Positions 1-16,799 of a stretch of DNA of 64,000 nucleotides are shown piece after piece. Made by a program: the position numbers and the translations under genes. This DNA is from the human T2T-CHM13v2.0 reference genome, Homo sapiens: the NCBI RefSeq assembly GCF_009914755.1, contig NC_060941.1; one strand, 5' to 3'. The stretch's first letter is position 1; the number at the start of each line of letters is the position of its first letter. The notes beneath the pieces are model-generated. The model saw nothing but the letters and a program-made list of their open reading frames with translations. It searched no databases and was not told where the DNA came from.

Positions 1-47
1 ATCTCAAAAAATAAAAAATAAATAAAAATAAACACATTAAACGTTTA

Positions 48-463
<416 letters not shown>

Positions 464-769
464 GGGCAGAAGATGGGGCGGAAGAATAGAGATAGGAAAG
501 AGGAGGATGTTGAGAACTAAACCCTGAGGTACTTTTAGTATTCAAAGTGTAGGGGGGTCTGGAAATCTTGTAGAGACCAGTAGGGGTTGGAGTATGACAT
601 CTTCCAATAATGAATTCTCGTTGCTGTCCCCTTATGGGTCTGGGTCTACCTGATAGTCTCTTCTGGAAGTCGGTATCACTTGTGCTTAATTTCTACTCTT
701 TTGTGCCCTCTATACAGCCTCTACTACAAATCTTTTTTGAAGAAGCACAGGGAGAAATAACTTGGGGAA

Positions 770-980
770 AAAAAAAAGCCTATCTTTTAGAAATAGATTC
801 TGAAATATTTACAGATGAAATAATATGTTGTACAGAATTGGCTTCAAAATAGTCCAAGTAAGGGGTGGTCTAGATAAAAAAAAAAAGAACAGCTCTGAGT
901 AGATGCCTGTTACAGTTGGGCAATGCACACATGGGAAGGTTCACTGCACTGGTCTCTCTGAATATTTCACAATAAAACAT
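770..980 (+). mobile_element. Old L1M (L1MC/ME-like) 3' end fragment
   Basis: Motifs such as ctgaaatatttacagatgaaat and gaatatttcacaataaaa are typical of L1M 3'UTRs. Confidence 0.5.
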
Positions 981-1150
981 AAAACATAGTATGGAAGGTT
1001 GGCAAACACAAGTCCATGAGAAATCTCTCCATCTTACCCAGATTAACGAGAGATACAACCAAGGATCCACAGGTTTGATGCAGACATTCTAAAAGATTCA
1101 ATTATACCAAGACTTTAAAGGTGACAGATTTTTTTCCCCTCAACTATACA

Positions 1151-1437
1151 TTTTTTTTTTTTTTTTTTGAGACAGAGTCTCAACTCTGTTGCCCAGACTG
1201 GAGTACGGAGCCATAATCATGGCTCATTTCAGCCTTGACTTTACTGGCTCAAGCGAGCCTCCCAAGTAGCTGGGACTACAGGCATGCCCCACCATGCCTG
1301 GCTTTTTTTTTTTTTTTTTTTTTTTTTTGGTAGCGACAGGGGCCTGCTATGTTGCCCAGGCTGGTCTCAACCTCCTGGGCTCAAGCCTCAGCCTCCCAAA
1401 AGTGCTGGATTATAGGTGTGAGCCACTGCACCTGGCC
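1151..1437 (-). mobile_element. AluJ with internal deletions
   Basis: Poly-T followed by antisense Alu with J-type features. Confidence 0.88.
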
Positions 1438-3201
1438 TATATTGCTATCTTAAAATGTCTCAGTGACCCAACAATTTGCCAAAGAGCATGTAGAGCAAAC
1501 TAGGCTCTATTCAGCATTTCCATTTCTTAATGTATCTATTTGATTTCAATAAAATTTCATCATTTTGAAGATCTCTCCCATTAGCTTGGGAAACTACAGA
1601 AACATGCACATAACTACTGAGAAGGTATCAAGTGTTCCTACACTAGTTTAAAAAAATCATTCAACACCCACATAAATTCTGATATGCACTAGGCTGAACA
1701 GCTGTTAACCACTGAGAAGCTGGGCACTGCATCCTCTCCCTGGGTCAAAACTCTATATGCTAATCAAACAGGGTCATGTATTTGGGAAAATAATAATCCA
1801 TGGTAAAAGTCACAAAAAGACCTTAATTTTAAAATGAGAATTCCTAATCTATACATTCTTTAAAAAATCTAGGGTATATAGGTTGATGTACCTTCCTTGA
1901 TCAAAACTCTTACTTCTCTGAAGCCTGTCAGAGTATTTTCACCACAAGGCTTGGATTAGGTTTCATTTTACATATGCATGCACATGTTCACATACCCATA
2001 ATCATCCTTCTTAGTAGTATATAGAGACGGACCATATCGTTACCCTCTTCTGCTCAAATAAATGTCTTCCCCTACAAATGCTAAGGAGTAAAATGATCCA
2101 GAAAAAGTAGAAATTTGGCATAATCAGCACTGACTTCCTCAACGGTAACATACATGACATAAACACATTAGGTAGACTGGATGCCCAAAGGCCAATCCAA
2201 CCTCATGTCTTCCTGGCATTTCTCAGGCCTTTCTCGTCACCCACCCCACCTAGGTTCCACGTTTCCAAAAAAGTTCCATGAAGATTCAGGAAAAAACAAA
2301 AAGGGAGGAAAACTCATTTTATTAAATTTACATCATATCCTTCTTCCCAGGGTTCAAAATTAAATAAAACCAAAAGAAGAAAACCAGAAAGACAAAAGCA
2401 CTTTTGTCCAAGGTGGCAAAACACAAGAGCAATTTAACTGCCATTATGAACCAACTTATACTAAAATAGTATTTCCTGGAATGTGTATAAATTAAAAAAC
2501 AAAACAAAATGTTCATGGTTACTTTTACTTTCAGGGTTGGGAACTGAATCCCACAAACAGCAGCTAAACCTCAAAAAAATTGTAATTCCCTAATTATTTC
2601 CAGATTAAAACACTTCTCTTGAACACATGTTTCTGCTGTTCTTTGGGGTGAGTGTAGGGCACAGCTGGAGTACAGTATAACACAGAAACAGCAAGTGCAC
2701 TAAGAGCATCAAATCCTTCCCCCCAAAATTGTTTATCTCTTCCAGACTCCTATTCACACTTATTCCCCTGACTTAATTTTAATTCTGCCTCTTGGCCCTC
2801 TTACCTTGTCCCTTTCTACCCTACTCACTTATTCTCTATTCATCCTCATTCTCTGAAATGATAGTCAAAATAATACTTCATGCTAAAGCATTTTCTTAAA
2901 TATTTCCAGATATTCCAACTTGTTATGATCTCCCACTTCTTTAAACCAGAAGCTATTACTACTTTTAGAGTGCATACCTATTTCTGCCCCATATTTATCA
3001 CATACAACTTACGTATGATTTAGTTAGCATCCTCAAACTTAGAAAATGATTCTCGCAGCCCAGCAAAAATCCTTACTATAGCAGCCAATCAATATCTATT
3101 GAAAAATACATGTACCCCCTCGATACAATTGTCATAAAAGTTTTCAGTGTGCACTTAATTTGATAATGTCACTTCCATCTTTCTGTTTTGAAAACTGTTT
3201 C

Positions 3202-3489
3202 GCCGGGCGCGGTAGCTCATGCCTGTAATCCCAGCACTTTGGGAGGCCAAGGCAGGCTGATCACAAGGTCAGGAGATCGAGATCATGGTGAAACCCCGTC
3301 TCTACTAAAAAAAAATACAAAAAATTGGCCAGGCGTGGTGGCGGGCGCCTGTAGTCCCAGCTACTCAGGAGGCTGAGGCAGGAGAATGGCGTGAACCCAG
3401 GAGGTGGAGCTTGCAGTGAGCCAAAATCACGCCACTGCACTCAGGTCTGGGCGACACAGCGAGACTCTGTCTCAAAAAAAAAAAAAAAA
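3202..3489 (+). mobile_element. AluY/Sc-type Alu with TSD
   Basis: gagaatggcgtgaacc and ggagcttgcagtgag diagnostics; flanks gaaaactgtttc / gaaaattgtttc. Confidence 0.9.
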
Positions 3490-3733
3490 GAAAATTGTTT
3501 CATAAGAATGACTCATCCTTCAAAGGAAAAATTCAGATGAAAAGGTGTCTGCACTATGTAGTGTGTTAAAATTTGTTCTCAAGCCTCTCCAGCTACCCTC
3601 AGGAGTGAACAGTGGCAAACTGCAGCTTAGGCTAGTGAAGTGATCTGCCCTACACCATCAAGTTAGCCAAGAATAGAAGCCACATTTCCTGACTCCTGCC
3701 TTGACTCCTGATCTCTTTCCACACATGCAAATA

Positions 3734-4253
3734 CAAGTTCAGCATCCCAAACCCAAGATCCAAAAAGTTCCCAAAATAGGAAACTTTCTGAGTGTCAACA
3801 TGACACTCAAAGGTAATGTTTATTGAAGCATTTTGGGTTTCCAGATTTGGGATGTTCAACTGGTAAGTACAGCTGACCCTCTGTATTCATGGATTCAATC
3901 AATCAAACAGCAAAAATATTTAAAAAACAATGTCTGTACTGAATATGTACAGACTTTTTCTTCTCATTATTCCCTAAGCAATACAGTGTAACAACTATTT
4001 ACATAGCATTTACACTGTATTAGGTGTTATAAGTAATCTAGAGATGACAAAGCATACAGGAGGATGTGCATAGGTTATACACAAATACTATCCCATCTTA
4101 TATCAGGGATTTGAGCACTGTCAGATTTGGTATCCACGGAAGTTCGTGGAACAAGTCATCCAAGAATACTGAAGGATAACTGTATAATGCAAAGATTCCA
4201 AAATCCAAAACACCTCTGGTCCCAAACATTTCACATCAGAGAGACTCCACCTG
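3734..4253 (+). mobile_element. Tigger4a (Zombi) DNA transposon relic interrupted by MER2
   Basis: TA-flanked ends (TA|CAAGTTCAGCATCCC ... GAGACTCCACCTG|TA) and internal gacatgacactcaaagg...ctggtcccaaacatttc motifs. Confidence 0.75.
3870..4182 (-). mobile_element. MER2 (TcMar-Tigger) nested in Tigger4a
   Basis: TA duplications at 3868-3869 and 4183-4184; aacaactatttacatagcatttacactgtattaggt...taatctagagatga matches antisense MER2. Confidence 0.8.
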
Positions 4254-5894
4254 TAATGGCTTTCAGTTCTGTAAATCAACAGCACATCTAGTTGTGTGAA
4301 TACATACGTGGCTAAGGTTCAAAGTACTTTAAAAGTATTAAGTCCAAGACAAAGATGAGATAGTATTCCTCACCTGATCCAAGGGTCACACCTGACAGTA
4401 AGAACTGGAGTCAAAGGATCATCACTGTAACCCATCAACATAGGTACAGTTCACAATATTAGGAGAAGTCATGAAGTAACATACATACAGGACACACATA
4501 AATTTCACCTCTAACCAGGAATCCTGTGATAGAATTCATTAAACCTATTCTCACTCAACTACCCCCAGTGGCTTATGAATCAATCCTAAAGGCATCAGAC
4601 ACAAGACTATTACCATTACAAATTTCTAATCTGCTAAGAAGTCTTGAGTTTTAAGGAAGAAACTAGTGCCAATTCATTAAAAAGGAAGGCAGAAAAATGG
4701 AAAACCAGAAGTCTTTCATTGCTGCTCTATCCCCATAATCTAAAACAATACCTAGGACATCACAGGAAACCAATGTCTATTTACTAATGTCTATTTACCT
4801 CTTAGCCTTTATTAAAGTGAACTCATAGTATTGACATTATTTTCTCATCCTCACAGGGCATTTGACCACATTTTGGAACCAAGTTTAAAATCTTTCATAG
4901 GCCAAAAAAAAAAAAAAAGTATATAATGACTAACATGCTTTAAATACCATGACAAATATAATTAAATACTTGCTCTCACTGAATTCAAAATTTTTAGTTC
5001 CCTCAAGGTGAAGTTACTCATTTTCCATTATTTCTCTCTAACATCAATTTCTCCACCAGATTTCCTCCACCTGTGCCACTACTCACCCATCTAAATGTGC
5101 ACATGTGTACTCAAGCATTCAATGAATTGCTTATTATGTACTACTCAGCACGAAGAAGCAGAGGAAACCCAGCCTTTGGAGTGATATGAACCTGACTCTA
5201 CTTCTTGTTTTAACCAATTACTAAGCCTTGTGACCTCGGGAAGTCAATCATTATGTCTAGTACTCCTGTTGCCTAACTGTAAAAATGTGAAGGATTATTA
5301 CGTACATAAAAGCATAATACCAAAAATAGGCACTAACTGATTGTTAGTTTCCGTCCCTCTCCTACAACAGCACCCTGACTTTGGAAACTAACCCTCCACG
5401 AACTGAAAGCATTCTCAGAATATACTGTCCTTAAAAAAAGAGGAAGGAATGAAGGGAAAGAAAAGAAAAGAAAAAGGAGAGAGGGAAGGGAAAAGGCAAA
5501 AATTTTTAAAAATACTTTTGGTCCTGGTTTACAGGCCACCACAATAATTCAAGTAAATTAGCATAATCCAGAGAGACAAAAACTTTTTCTATTTTTTACT
5601 ACACCAAAAAAGCTCATAATAAAATTTCAAAGTATTAAAAAATAAATGAAAGTAATCCCTTCCCTTCCTCCATCCCAACCCATCCCATCCCTCAGAAATA
5701 ATCACTGTTAGCACTCTGGTGTGCACATATACACATACACATACATACATATATATTTTTGTTGCCAAAATTTTACTGCAGATATCTGGAAAATAAAGAG
5801 TAGCATAAAGAAGAAAAATATGTAATCTATACAACCGGAAAAAATTTTAAGCTGCAAATAAGTTTCCACAACTAAATTTACATTGTAAAACACA

Positions 5895-6595
5895 TGATGG
5901 GGAAAAAAAGGTCTTTACAATAAATATGGTACAAGGACAACTGAATATCCACTATCCACAGGCAAAATAAAATTGGATTCCTACCTCACACCATACAGAA
6001 AACTAACTTAAAGTCGATCAAAGCCCTACTTAAATGTAAGCATTGAAACTCCTGGAAAAAAGCATAGGAGTAAATTCTTCATGAACTTGGGTTAGGCAAT
6101 GATTTCTTATGCTGTGACACAAAAAGCAAAAGAAACAAAAAAAAAACATAAATTGGACTATATCAAAATTTAAAACTTCTGTAAATAATAATCAAGAAAA
6201 TGAGAATACAATCCACAGAATGGAAGAAAATATCTGAAAATCATCTATTTGACAAGACACTGGTCTCCAGAATATATACAAAAAACACAATTCAACAATT
6301 TTTAAAAACCAAATAACTTTAGAAATGAGCAAAGGATCTCCAAAGAAGATATACAAATGACCAATTAAGCACCTGAAACGATTATCAGCATCATTAGCCA
6401 TTAGAGAAATTAAAATCAAAACCACAATGAGATACCACTTCACATTGACTAGCATGGCTATAATTAAAAAGACAATTAGAAGCATTGGCAAGAATGTGGA
6501 GAGAATGGAACCCACAAATATCGCTCATGGTAATACAAAATGGTAATATAAAATGGAAAACAGGCAGTTCCTCAAAAAGTTATACACAGGGCTAC
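5895..6595 (+). mobile_element. Old L1M ORF2 3' fragment
   Basis: cctacctcacaccataca and aaatcaaaaccacaatgagataccacttcac are conserved L1 ORF2 segments; explains antisense ORF 6192-6515. Confidence 0.85.
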
Positions 6596-7475
6596 TTTAT
6601 GTGTTAAATGCTGAGGATGCATAAAGGATCAGAAATTCAGATAAAGCATTCCCAGAACAGTGATTGATCCTGTTTGTTTAAAAAAAAAAAAAGACAATGT
6701 ACTCAACAATTAACTAAAGTACTTGTATTTCTCTTTACAAAACTAAGTTATGTAAGAACTAAACATTTTAAATTGAAAATTGTTTATCTGGTTCTTTGAA
6801 CTGAAAATCCTTTTATATTCCCACCTGTGAGTGTACACAACAAGGTGAAGCAAATGCATTAAACCCAGTAGGTCTCAGGACAGGAAGCATTTACACTCAG
6901 AGGCTATCCCACAGAGCAAAATCCACACTGAAGACTAAATCATTTCACAGAACCCTAGATTTAGATAAACTTGGAGACAGGAGAGCAGCTGAAGAGCCCT
7001 TCTCTTTCCTCAAGGTTGTCTACACATCTAAATCAACTTCACTGGGGGAGCATAGGGGCTGCTTAAGGGTCTAAGACAAATAAATTCTTCTATGCAATAC
7101 TTTACATTTATTTACAAACGGTCTATCTTACACTAAGCTCAAAATATTCCACTGAGCTACTGCAGAAAATCTGGGTGCGAAATAAGAAAAGACAATCAGA
7201 GAGTGTATACTCATAAAAGGAATTAAAAAGAACAAAATGCCCAAGAATACAGTATCCTCACAAAAAATACCCTAAATGAATCTAGTAAAAATTTGGCAAC
7301 CCATATTCTGGAAAGATATTCTTTACAAGTTAACCTGTATGTCTTATGCAACTTCCAAAGTCCCAAAGAAAGTAATACAAAATTAAGTGGTTTTGAGATA
7401 CTAGTCAGCTTTTTCGGAAAGAGGGTTAGAGAGGACTTACTTCCTTGTATTATGAAACAAAAAACGCTCTGATGA

Positions 7476-7703
<228 letters not shown>

Positions 7704-7940
7704 TAAAAGGGTAGTTTCCAAAAATAAAAACATGTACAAGGAAATTTAAAATTCTCCTATTAGTGTCTGGAAGGATGAAGAATTTCTACTATTTTAGGTT
7801 GAGAAAGAAAGCTAAAGGCAAAAGATCAACAGACAAAAATTTAAACAATTTATAATTTCTAACTTATCCAAGTTTGACTCCAATATTTTTACCAAAGGAT
7901 AAATATCTCTGCTTCAAAGAATCATAAAAACATTACAACA

Positions 7941-8238
7941 GCCTGGCACAGTGGCTCATGCCTGTAATCACAGCACTTTGGGAGGCCAAGGCAGGAGGAC
8001 TGCTTGAGTCCAGGAGTTTGAGACCAGCCTGGGCAACAGAGCAAAACCCCATCTCTACAAAGAAAAAAAAATTTTTTAATAAGGGGGGCATAAGGGTGCA
8101 CTCCTGTGGTCCCAGCTACTTGTGAGGACCACTTGAGTCCTGGAGGTTGAAGCTGCAGCAAGCTACGACTATGCCACTGCACTCTAGCCTGGGCAACAGA
8201 GCAAGACTGCAGACTGTATCAAAACAAAACAAAACAAA
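7941..8238 (+). mobile_element. AluJ
   Basis: Alu dimer, (CAAAA)n tail, TSD-like aaaacattacaaca. Confidence 0.88.
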
Positions 8239-8855
8239 ACATTACAACATATGAGAATGTTCAACTTCACTAATACTTTCCCAATGCAAATTTAAGTAAA
8301 GATAGTATTTTTTATTTATCAGTTTAGCAAATATTTTTAAAGGATCCTCCATGCTAATTGGAGTGTGGTTAAACAAAAAACCTGCTTGTTACACTGCTGG
8401 TATGACTACAACTGGGAACCTTTTGGAAAGCAACCTAACAAGATATATCTGTAGTCTTCTGAATTGTTCACACTCTCTTTTATTCTTAGATTCATACAAT
8501 ATAAATAAATACAAAAAGCAAAGCCTATGTGCACAAACAGCAAGCATCAGAAAGTCCATGAAAAGAATAGTACAAGTATATAGTAAAGGAATTAACTTAT
8601 ACTTTGCTTTTCAAACTATGTTCAATCCAATAGATTTCTAAATATGGCAAGTTTCTAAAAATCCAACTCCTTAAGTACACTGTAAAGACATTTATGCACA
8701 CAGCTAAAATATACTCAAACTAAGAAGTCCTCAAAGGCCGTAAGATACACTAAAAATATAATACCTCCCAGTGAAATAAAGGGAAAAGCAGAAGTCAGGT
8801 GAGAATATTTACATATATGTACCCATTCAGCAGTTCTGTAGAAGTCATTATCTTC

Positions 8856-9434
<579 letters not shown>

Positions 9435-11340
9435 GAAGTTGTTATCTTCCCAGTAGAAGAGATGAGAAAATTTGAGGTCCAGATTGGTTGAGTGATATCC
9501 GAGGACCACAGAGCTAGTAAAATTATGGAGCTAGAACTTGAAGTCTGATTCCAAATCACATGTTTCCTATGCTACCCCAAACAAAGGGAGTATTTTCTAC
9601 AGTGGCATTACAACAGACCAAGTAACAGCAGAGGTAAAACAAGTTTCACATGTCTGTGGCTCTTTGTTTTTTACAAGTTTTTATTACTTTGTCATGGGGG
9701 GGAAAACGAAAAATTATAATTAGGTCAAGGAAAGATATAACTATACTACTACTATCATTCTGAAGGAAGGGAAGGTATACCTTCTAAGTCCTGCATAGTT
9801 TAAAAATTCCCATTACTTGCGAGACCAGGTGAGACTGCACAGTTCTAGACTTCCTATCGTGTGCCAAAACTCTAGGGATAATCAAAAAATGTTTGTTGAA
9901 TGAACGCTAATTTAAAATAGAAAAAGAAATTCCAGATTTCCTCCTCAGTACAAGAGGCCTGCAACAACAAACTTCTGAAATACCAGCAGTCTACTAATTG
10001 CATATTCAAATTTAAACCACAGAAAGTTGAATCAACTCTGCCAATTTCTGGGACTCTCTAAATGAACTCTTAATACAAAAATGCATACTCAGGCTCAGCA
10101 TTTTTTCTAATCATTTACAAAAGTAAAAGGACGTCAGGACAAGTTCTGGTGAAATTTTATAAACAGCCATGAATTGCAGCTGTAGACTGCCAGATACATA
10201 ACCTGTATATGACAGGGGGTACCACGTGGAAATTAGAGACATCCCCCTTCACCAAAAAGATTATATCCAGGGGATACTACATAATAAAAAAAAAAATCTG
10301 AAAAATGTAATGGGATTAAGATCCTTTAGAATAGGCTAGTAGTGATGATTTTGCTTTTTCAGTCCCCTCCTCACAAACGAATGATGATGACACTGCCCTT
10401 AGCTTTCTATGTGCAAAGACAGTATTAACCTTCCCAGGCCAAACTTACGACTACACCTTTTCCACACGAAATGCAAGGCATTTCTAACTCCCCAGATTAC
10501 CTCACATTCGTTGGATGCCACACAATAGATTATAAAGTATCAAGATATATATTAATTTTTAAAAGTTCACCAGGAGTTGGATATTCTAAACTGGGTTTCT
10601 GATTCTTAACAGTGAGAATGAAGTCAAGCTCCTTATTTGGTGGTTAGAGGAGAGGATTTGGCCAGAAATAATTCTTTTAGGATTGACAGACAAGTACTAC
10701 TTAAGTTCTATCATCTCATCCAAAAACTTGCTTCTTATATTCTGCTTTTAACCCGATCTACACAATGAAAAGCCACGGAGACTAGTTTTGCATGAAAGCA
10801 AAGGACTTTTCTAATATGACTTCAGAGCATGCCATGCTTTAAAGTCCATGTTCAACCACTTACTATCATTTTCCAACTCACTCTCTATGGGCCCATCCCA
10901 TATTTCAACTACAGGTATACCTCCTGGCCCTTTCTATTTCATAAGCTTCTTTGGAAGACAAATCTACTGATTTATGCAATAAACTTTCTACCTCTACTTA
11001 ACCAATTTGATAATTTAATAGCTGGAGATAATTCTAAATTCCCCAAACCTTAATCAAGAATTTTGGAAAAAAAGAGCTATCTAGAACAGTTATCTTCCTG
11101 AAAACACTGTTGTGCTAAACTGAAACACAGCCTTTTCTCAAGAGCTAAGCAGCTACTTGGGTCTACATTTTAATGCACTAAATAATTTTATAAGATCATG
11201 TTTGAAACCAAAAAACCCAAAAAGGATTGTCAAGCTAGGTCAGCTTACAAAACCCCTTCTGTTATGAACTAGGAAATCAAACAACAAAACATAAGCTCTA
11301 GGAAATGAGCATGGAGGTGCTCCATCCATACTAGCTTTTC

Positions 11341-11634
11341 CTTGTTTTTTTCTTGAGAGGAGTGACTCTCTGTCACCCAGGCTGGAGTGTAGTGATGCAA
11401 TCCTGGTTCACTCCAACCTCCACCTCCTGAGTTCAAGGGATTCTCCTGCCTCAGCCTCCCGAGTAGCTGGGATTACAGGCGTCGACCATGACACTCAGCT
11501 ATTTTTTGTATTTTTAGTAGAGACAGGGTTTCACCATGTTGGCTAGGCTGGTCTCAAATTCCTGACCTCAAGTGATCCTCCCACCTTGGCCCCCTCAAAG
11601 TGCTGGGATTACAGGTGTGAGCCACCGTGCCAGC
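11341..11634 (-). mobile_element. AluS
   Basis: Antisense Alu with TSD ccatactagctttt. Confidence 0.9.
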
Positions 11635-11859
11635 CCATACTAGCTTTTCTGAAGCCTCTTTACTCATTCTTTTGTTCTCTACTCTAGCAGCTAAAGACAT
11701 CTCCTAAAGAAACAACTAGTGTGCCTCCATACAACCCCTCAGTAAGCACTCAGTATTGAGACTAAACTGTGAAAAGCACTAAAATAAATGCATCATTCAT
11801 CTATGACCTTCTGAGAATACCACCACCTCATATTTGAATAGACGTCTAGTTTTCATGAG

Positions 11860-12045
11860 AACTTTCACGCACTCATTTGATCCTCTTTAAAAACCACAGG
11901 AAACAGGGCAAGCCATCTTATCAGCTCTATTTACAGAGAGGGAAATCAATTTGAAAAGGTTACATAGCTTAATCAAGGTCACAAAGTGACTGACTGGCCA
12001 AGCTGGTACTCAGTCTTATGATAGTCCAGGGCTCTTTCCTCTACA
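11860..12045 (-). mobile_element. MIR
   Basis: ctcatttgatcctc...tatttacagagagggaaa...aaggtcaca MIR core. Confidence 0.65.
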
Positions 12046-12158
12046 CTGATCCTAAATTGAAAAAAAAAATTTTTTTTGGACTGCTCCTGCAAGGTAGGGC
12101 TACCCCATAGGCAGAGAGTAGCTGAAAAATTCTGTATGTGTCTATCACAAGAAGTTGA

Positions 12159-12487
<329 letters not shown>

Positions 12488-12528
12488 TCACATTTAGATG
12501 TTTCTTTTTTTGGAAAAGGTGAAGATCT

Positions 12529-13173
12529 GGCTGGGCACAGTGGTGCACATCCTTAGGTAGTTCCAGCTACACAGGAGGCTGAGGCAGAAGAACTGCTTGA
12601 GCCCAGCCTGAGCAACACAGTGAGACTCCATCACTAAAAATAAGTAAATAAATAAATCACATAAAAAATAAAAAATTTTAAAAGGGGGTAAAGAGCCAAT
12701 GAATTGACTAAGAAATGTGTTGTTTCAAATCAGAATGACCTTGAAAAGCCATAGTACTTGCATGCAAAAATATGATCCGATTTAAAAAGTCAATATGCTT
12801 AAAATACAACAGAAAAATCAACCAATATATGTATTTCGTATTACTGGTTTAAAATTTCTGAATATGCTGTAAAGAGAAGGAGGTGAAAAACGTCAACCAG
12901 ACTGGGGTGGTGGCTCATGCCTGTAAACCCAGCACTTTGGAAGGCCAAGGTGGGTGGATCACTTGAGTTCAGGAGTTCACGACCAGTGTGGGCAAGGTGG
13001 CAAGATCCTGTCTCTACAAAAAATACAAAAATTAGCCAGATGTGGTAGCATGCGCCTGTAGTGCCAGCTACTCGGGAGGCTGAGATAGAAGAATTGCTTG
13101 AGACTAGGAGGCAGAGGGTGTAGTGGGCAGAGATCATACCACTAACCCCTCCAGCCTGGGTGACAGAGTGAGA

Positions 13174-13209
<36 letters not shown>

Positions 13210-13240
13210 GCGAGAGAGAAAGAGGCAGAGAGAGAGAGAA
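12529..13240 (+). mobile_element. Alu monomer (12529-12675) and older Alu (12900-13205) followed by a (GA)-rich tract
   Basis: Alu motifs and A tails. Confidence 0.8.
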
Positions 13241-14199
13241 AGATCTCAACTGATAAGATACTACATAATCACATTATCTCTTGCTTGACCAACTTAACAA
13301 ATATTTCAAAATGTTTATAAAAATCAAAATGGGTCAGCATTGGAAGAAGTTGTAAGTAAAATTCAGGTGTTCTCCACATGAGGCAACTGCTGTTAATAGA
13401 AGACTATATGACGGTATTTTCTCGAAGTTTGGTACAAAGATCAAAAATAGAATCACAGGCAAAACCCTTGAAAGGCTTAGGAATCTGAATTTTTAAGTAC
13501 TAGGTTGTTGATGAATATAAAATTTAAAGATGTGTATTTAGGGTAGAAATAACCTTGACCTTGGTAGCTGTGGAACTTGTGTGGTTACTCGTTCTGGGCC
13601 CTGGTTTTCCCAATGGTAAAACAGAGGAGGTAGGGACACAAACGTCCTACTTCATAGAAAAGTTATAAGACTTTAAAGGCGATGGTTTATAAAAAGTAAT
13701 TAGCACACAGTTTTGACACACACTAAATAATAATTAGCTACTATGGTGGAAATTTTATTTCTATTTAACACTTCTGACATTAGCAAATAGTGTACCAAAC
13801 AGACATGCTTTTTACATAGTTACATGATTCTTCTCAACAACCGCTCCCCCGAAAGAAAGCAGTTTTTAAGAGGGTCACTCTCATGATTTGAAGAGAACTG
13901 GGAGAGGAGGAACATAAATCAGTTCTGTCACATTTTAAGGATTAGAATTTAAACATTAAAAACAATTTTAATATGTTCACATATATAACTATCACCTGGT
14001 TGGACCATGACAAAAACCCACCCCTAACCATAAACAAGGGTAACCTATCATTTATCAAAAACAGGAAACGTTCCTATCTCTCAAGATCAGCGCTCTGAAC
14101 TAATTATTTAACATAAGGTCATTTTTACGAGTTCACATGCTGAATGGCTTACAATTAAAAGCCTCTTCTAACCCAAATCACCATCCTCCTTCACTTACC

Positions 14200-14908
<709 letters not shown>

Positions 14909-15031
14909 TGCCTCTTTTTTTCTACTAGGGCTATCACAATTCTGGCCTTCATTTCATTTGACAGGAAGGCATGGGTTTATACCCTAACCAGAACAACAAT
15001 GAACAGGATTTCTGCCTCCACTCCTCTAATC

Positions 15032-15254
15032 CAGGGGTTGGCAAACTTTTTCTGTAAAGGGCCAGATGGCAAATATTTAGGCTTTGCAGGCCACACAGTC
15101 TCCGTCTCAACTACACAACTCTTGCCATTATAGTACTAAAGCAGCCACAGACAATATTCAAGTGAATGAGTATGACTGTGTTCCAATAAAACTTTACTTA
15201 CAAAAACTTGCCTTAGACTGCATTTGGCATACAGGGCATAGTCTGTTGATTGTG
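15032..15254 (+). mobile_element. MER58A (hAT-Charlie)
   Basis: caggggttggcaaactttttctgtaaagggccaga...ctgtgttccaataaaactttact. Confidence 0.85.
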
Positions 15255-15333
15255 CTAATCCAACCAACTAATATCAACTTTCCTAAATTCCATCACAGAT
15301 CATGTGATTTCTGATTTAAAAGTCACTTTCCTT

Positions 15334-15745
<412 letters not shown>

Positions 15746-16799
15746 TCATTAACCTTGGTCATTTCCTTTTTCTCATACTAGATTCCAAATTGTATTCCAT
15801 GATTGTGGCTGCTTATACTGCTCTAATTCCAAACCTTTGCTCAATTTGTATACAGAATGTCCTTTCTTCTTTCCCTCTAAACACCTACATCTCCCTTGCT
15901 TCCCACACTACCACCTAGAACTAAAATCCATCTATCCTCTAAGAAGTCTCCTTCCCTTTACCCAGAAATTCTTCTTCAGCAGAACTTCTATGGCACTTAA
16001 TCTGTATCTTTTCTGACAATGATTGCTTTGTATCTTTTACCACAGTGAATTATATCTTAGATCCCCTAAGCCTGTGGGCAGAATTTATTTACAAGTCATC
16101 TCTGTATTTCCCACAGCACTTTACAATCAAGAGATAAAAAAACAGGTATTATTGTTTCAAAGAAAATATTCCTACAACTAAATTCCTTTACATAACATAG
16201 CACTGTTAATAAGACCAAGACACACTTATTCTGTATTAAAATGTTACCTAAAAACTAATGACACTGGCTCAACAAATTAAGCCTTCAAAAATTAGTCTCC
16301 ATCTTATTACCCAGAGGGCAGCATGGCAAAGTGGGAAAAGGAAAAAAGGACAAGATTGACATCCTGATTCTGCCATTGTTGTTAAATTTCTGCTTCCTTA
16401 TCTTGTGAAACAGATGTTACCACTGCCTACCTGGGAAAACTAGGAATAACGACTACAGTAAATTATTATGCATTATGGCTTTTATAAACAGAAATTTAAG
16501 AACAGCTAAGTTAACTGCAAGATCCCTATTCTGTCAAAAAAAAAAAAAAAAACACGAGTATCTTGTGTTCAGCATTATGAATATAAAGAATAAAGACATG
16601 AGCAGTCTCATAACATAGACAAGTTCAGTCTACTGTAGATCCTTTCACAGAGAAGTAATACAACATACTGAGTGCTAACCTTCCAGCTATTTCTAAAAAG
16701 ATGGAAGTCCAAGGTTATTTCTAAATTATTTTAAGCATAAAGCTAAATATTTAAGAATGAGTTATAACTGAGTTTCTACCAAATTAAAACAACGATGCT

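Noticed and set aside
4772-4799. 14-bp tandem duplication AATGTCTATTTAC(T/C)
   Set aside because: Ordinary slippage event with nothing further to support a function.
6192-6515. Hydrophobic 107-aa ORF resembling a membrane protein
   Set aside because: Antisense translation of an A-rich L1 ORF2 relic.
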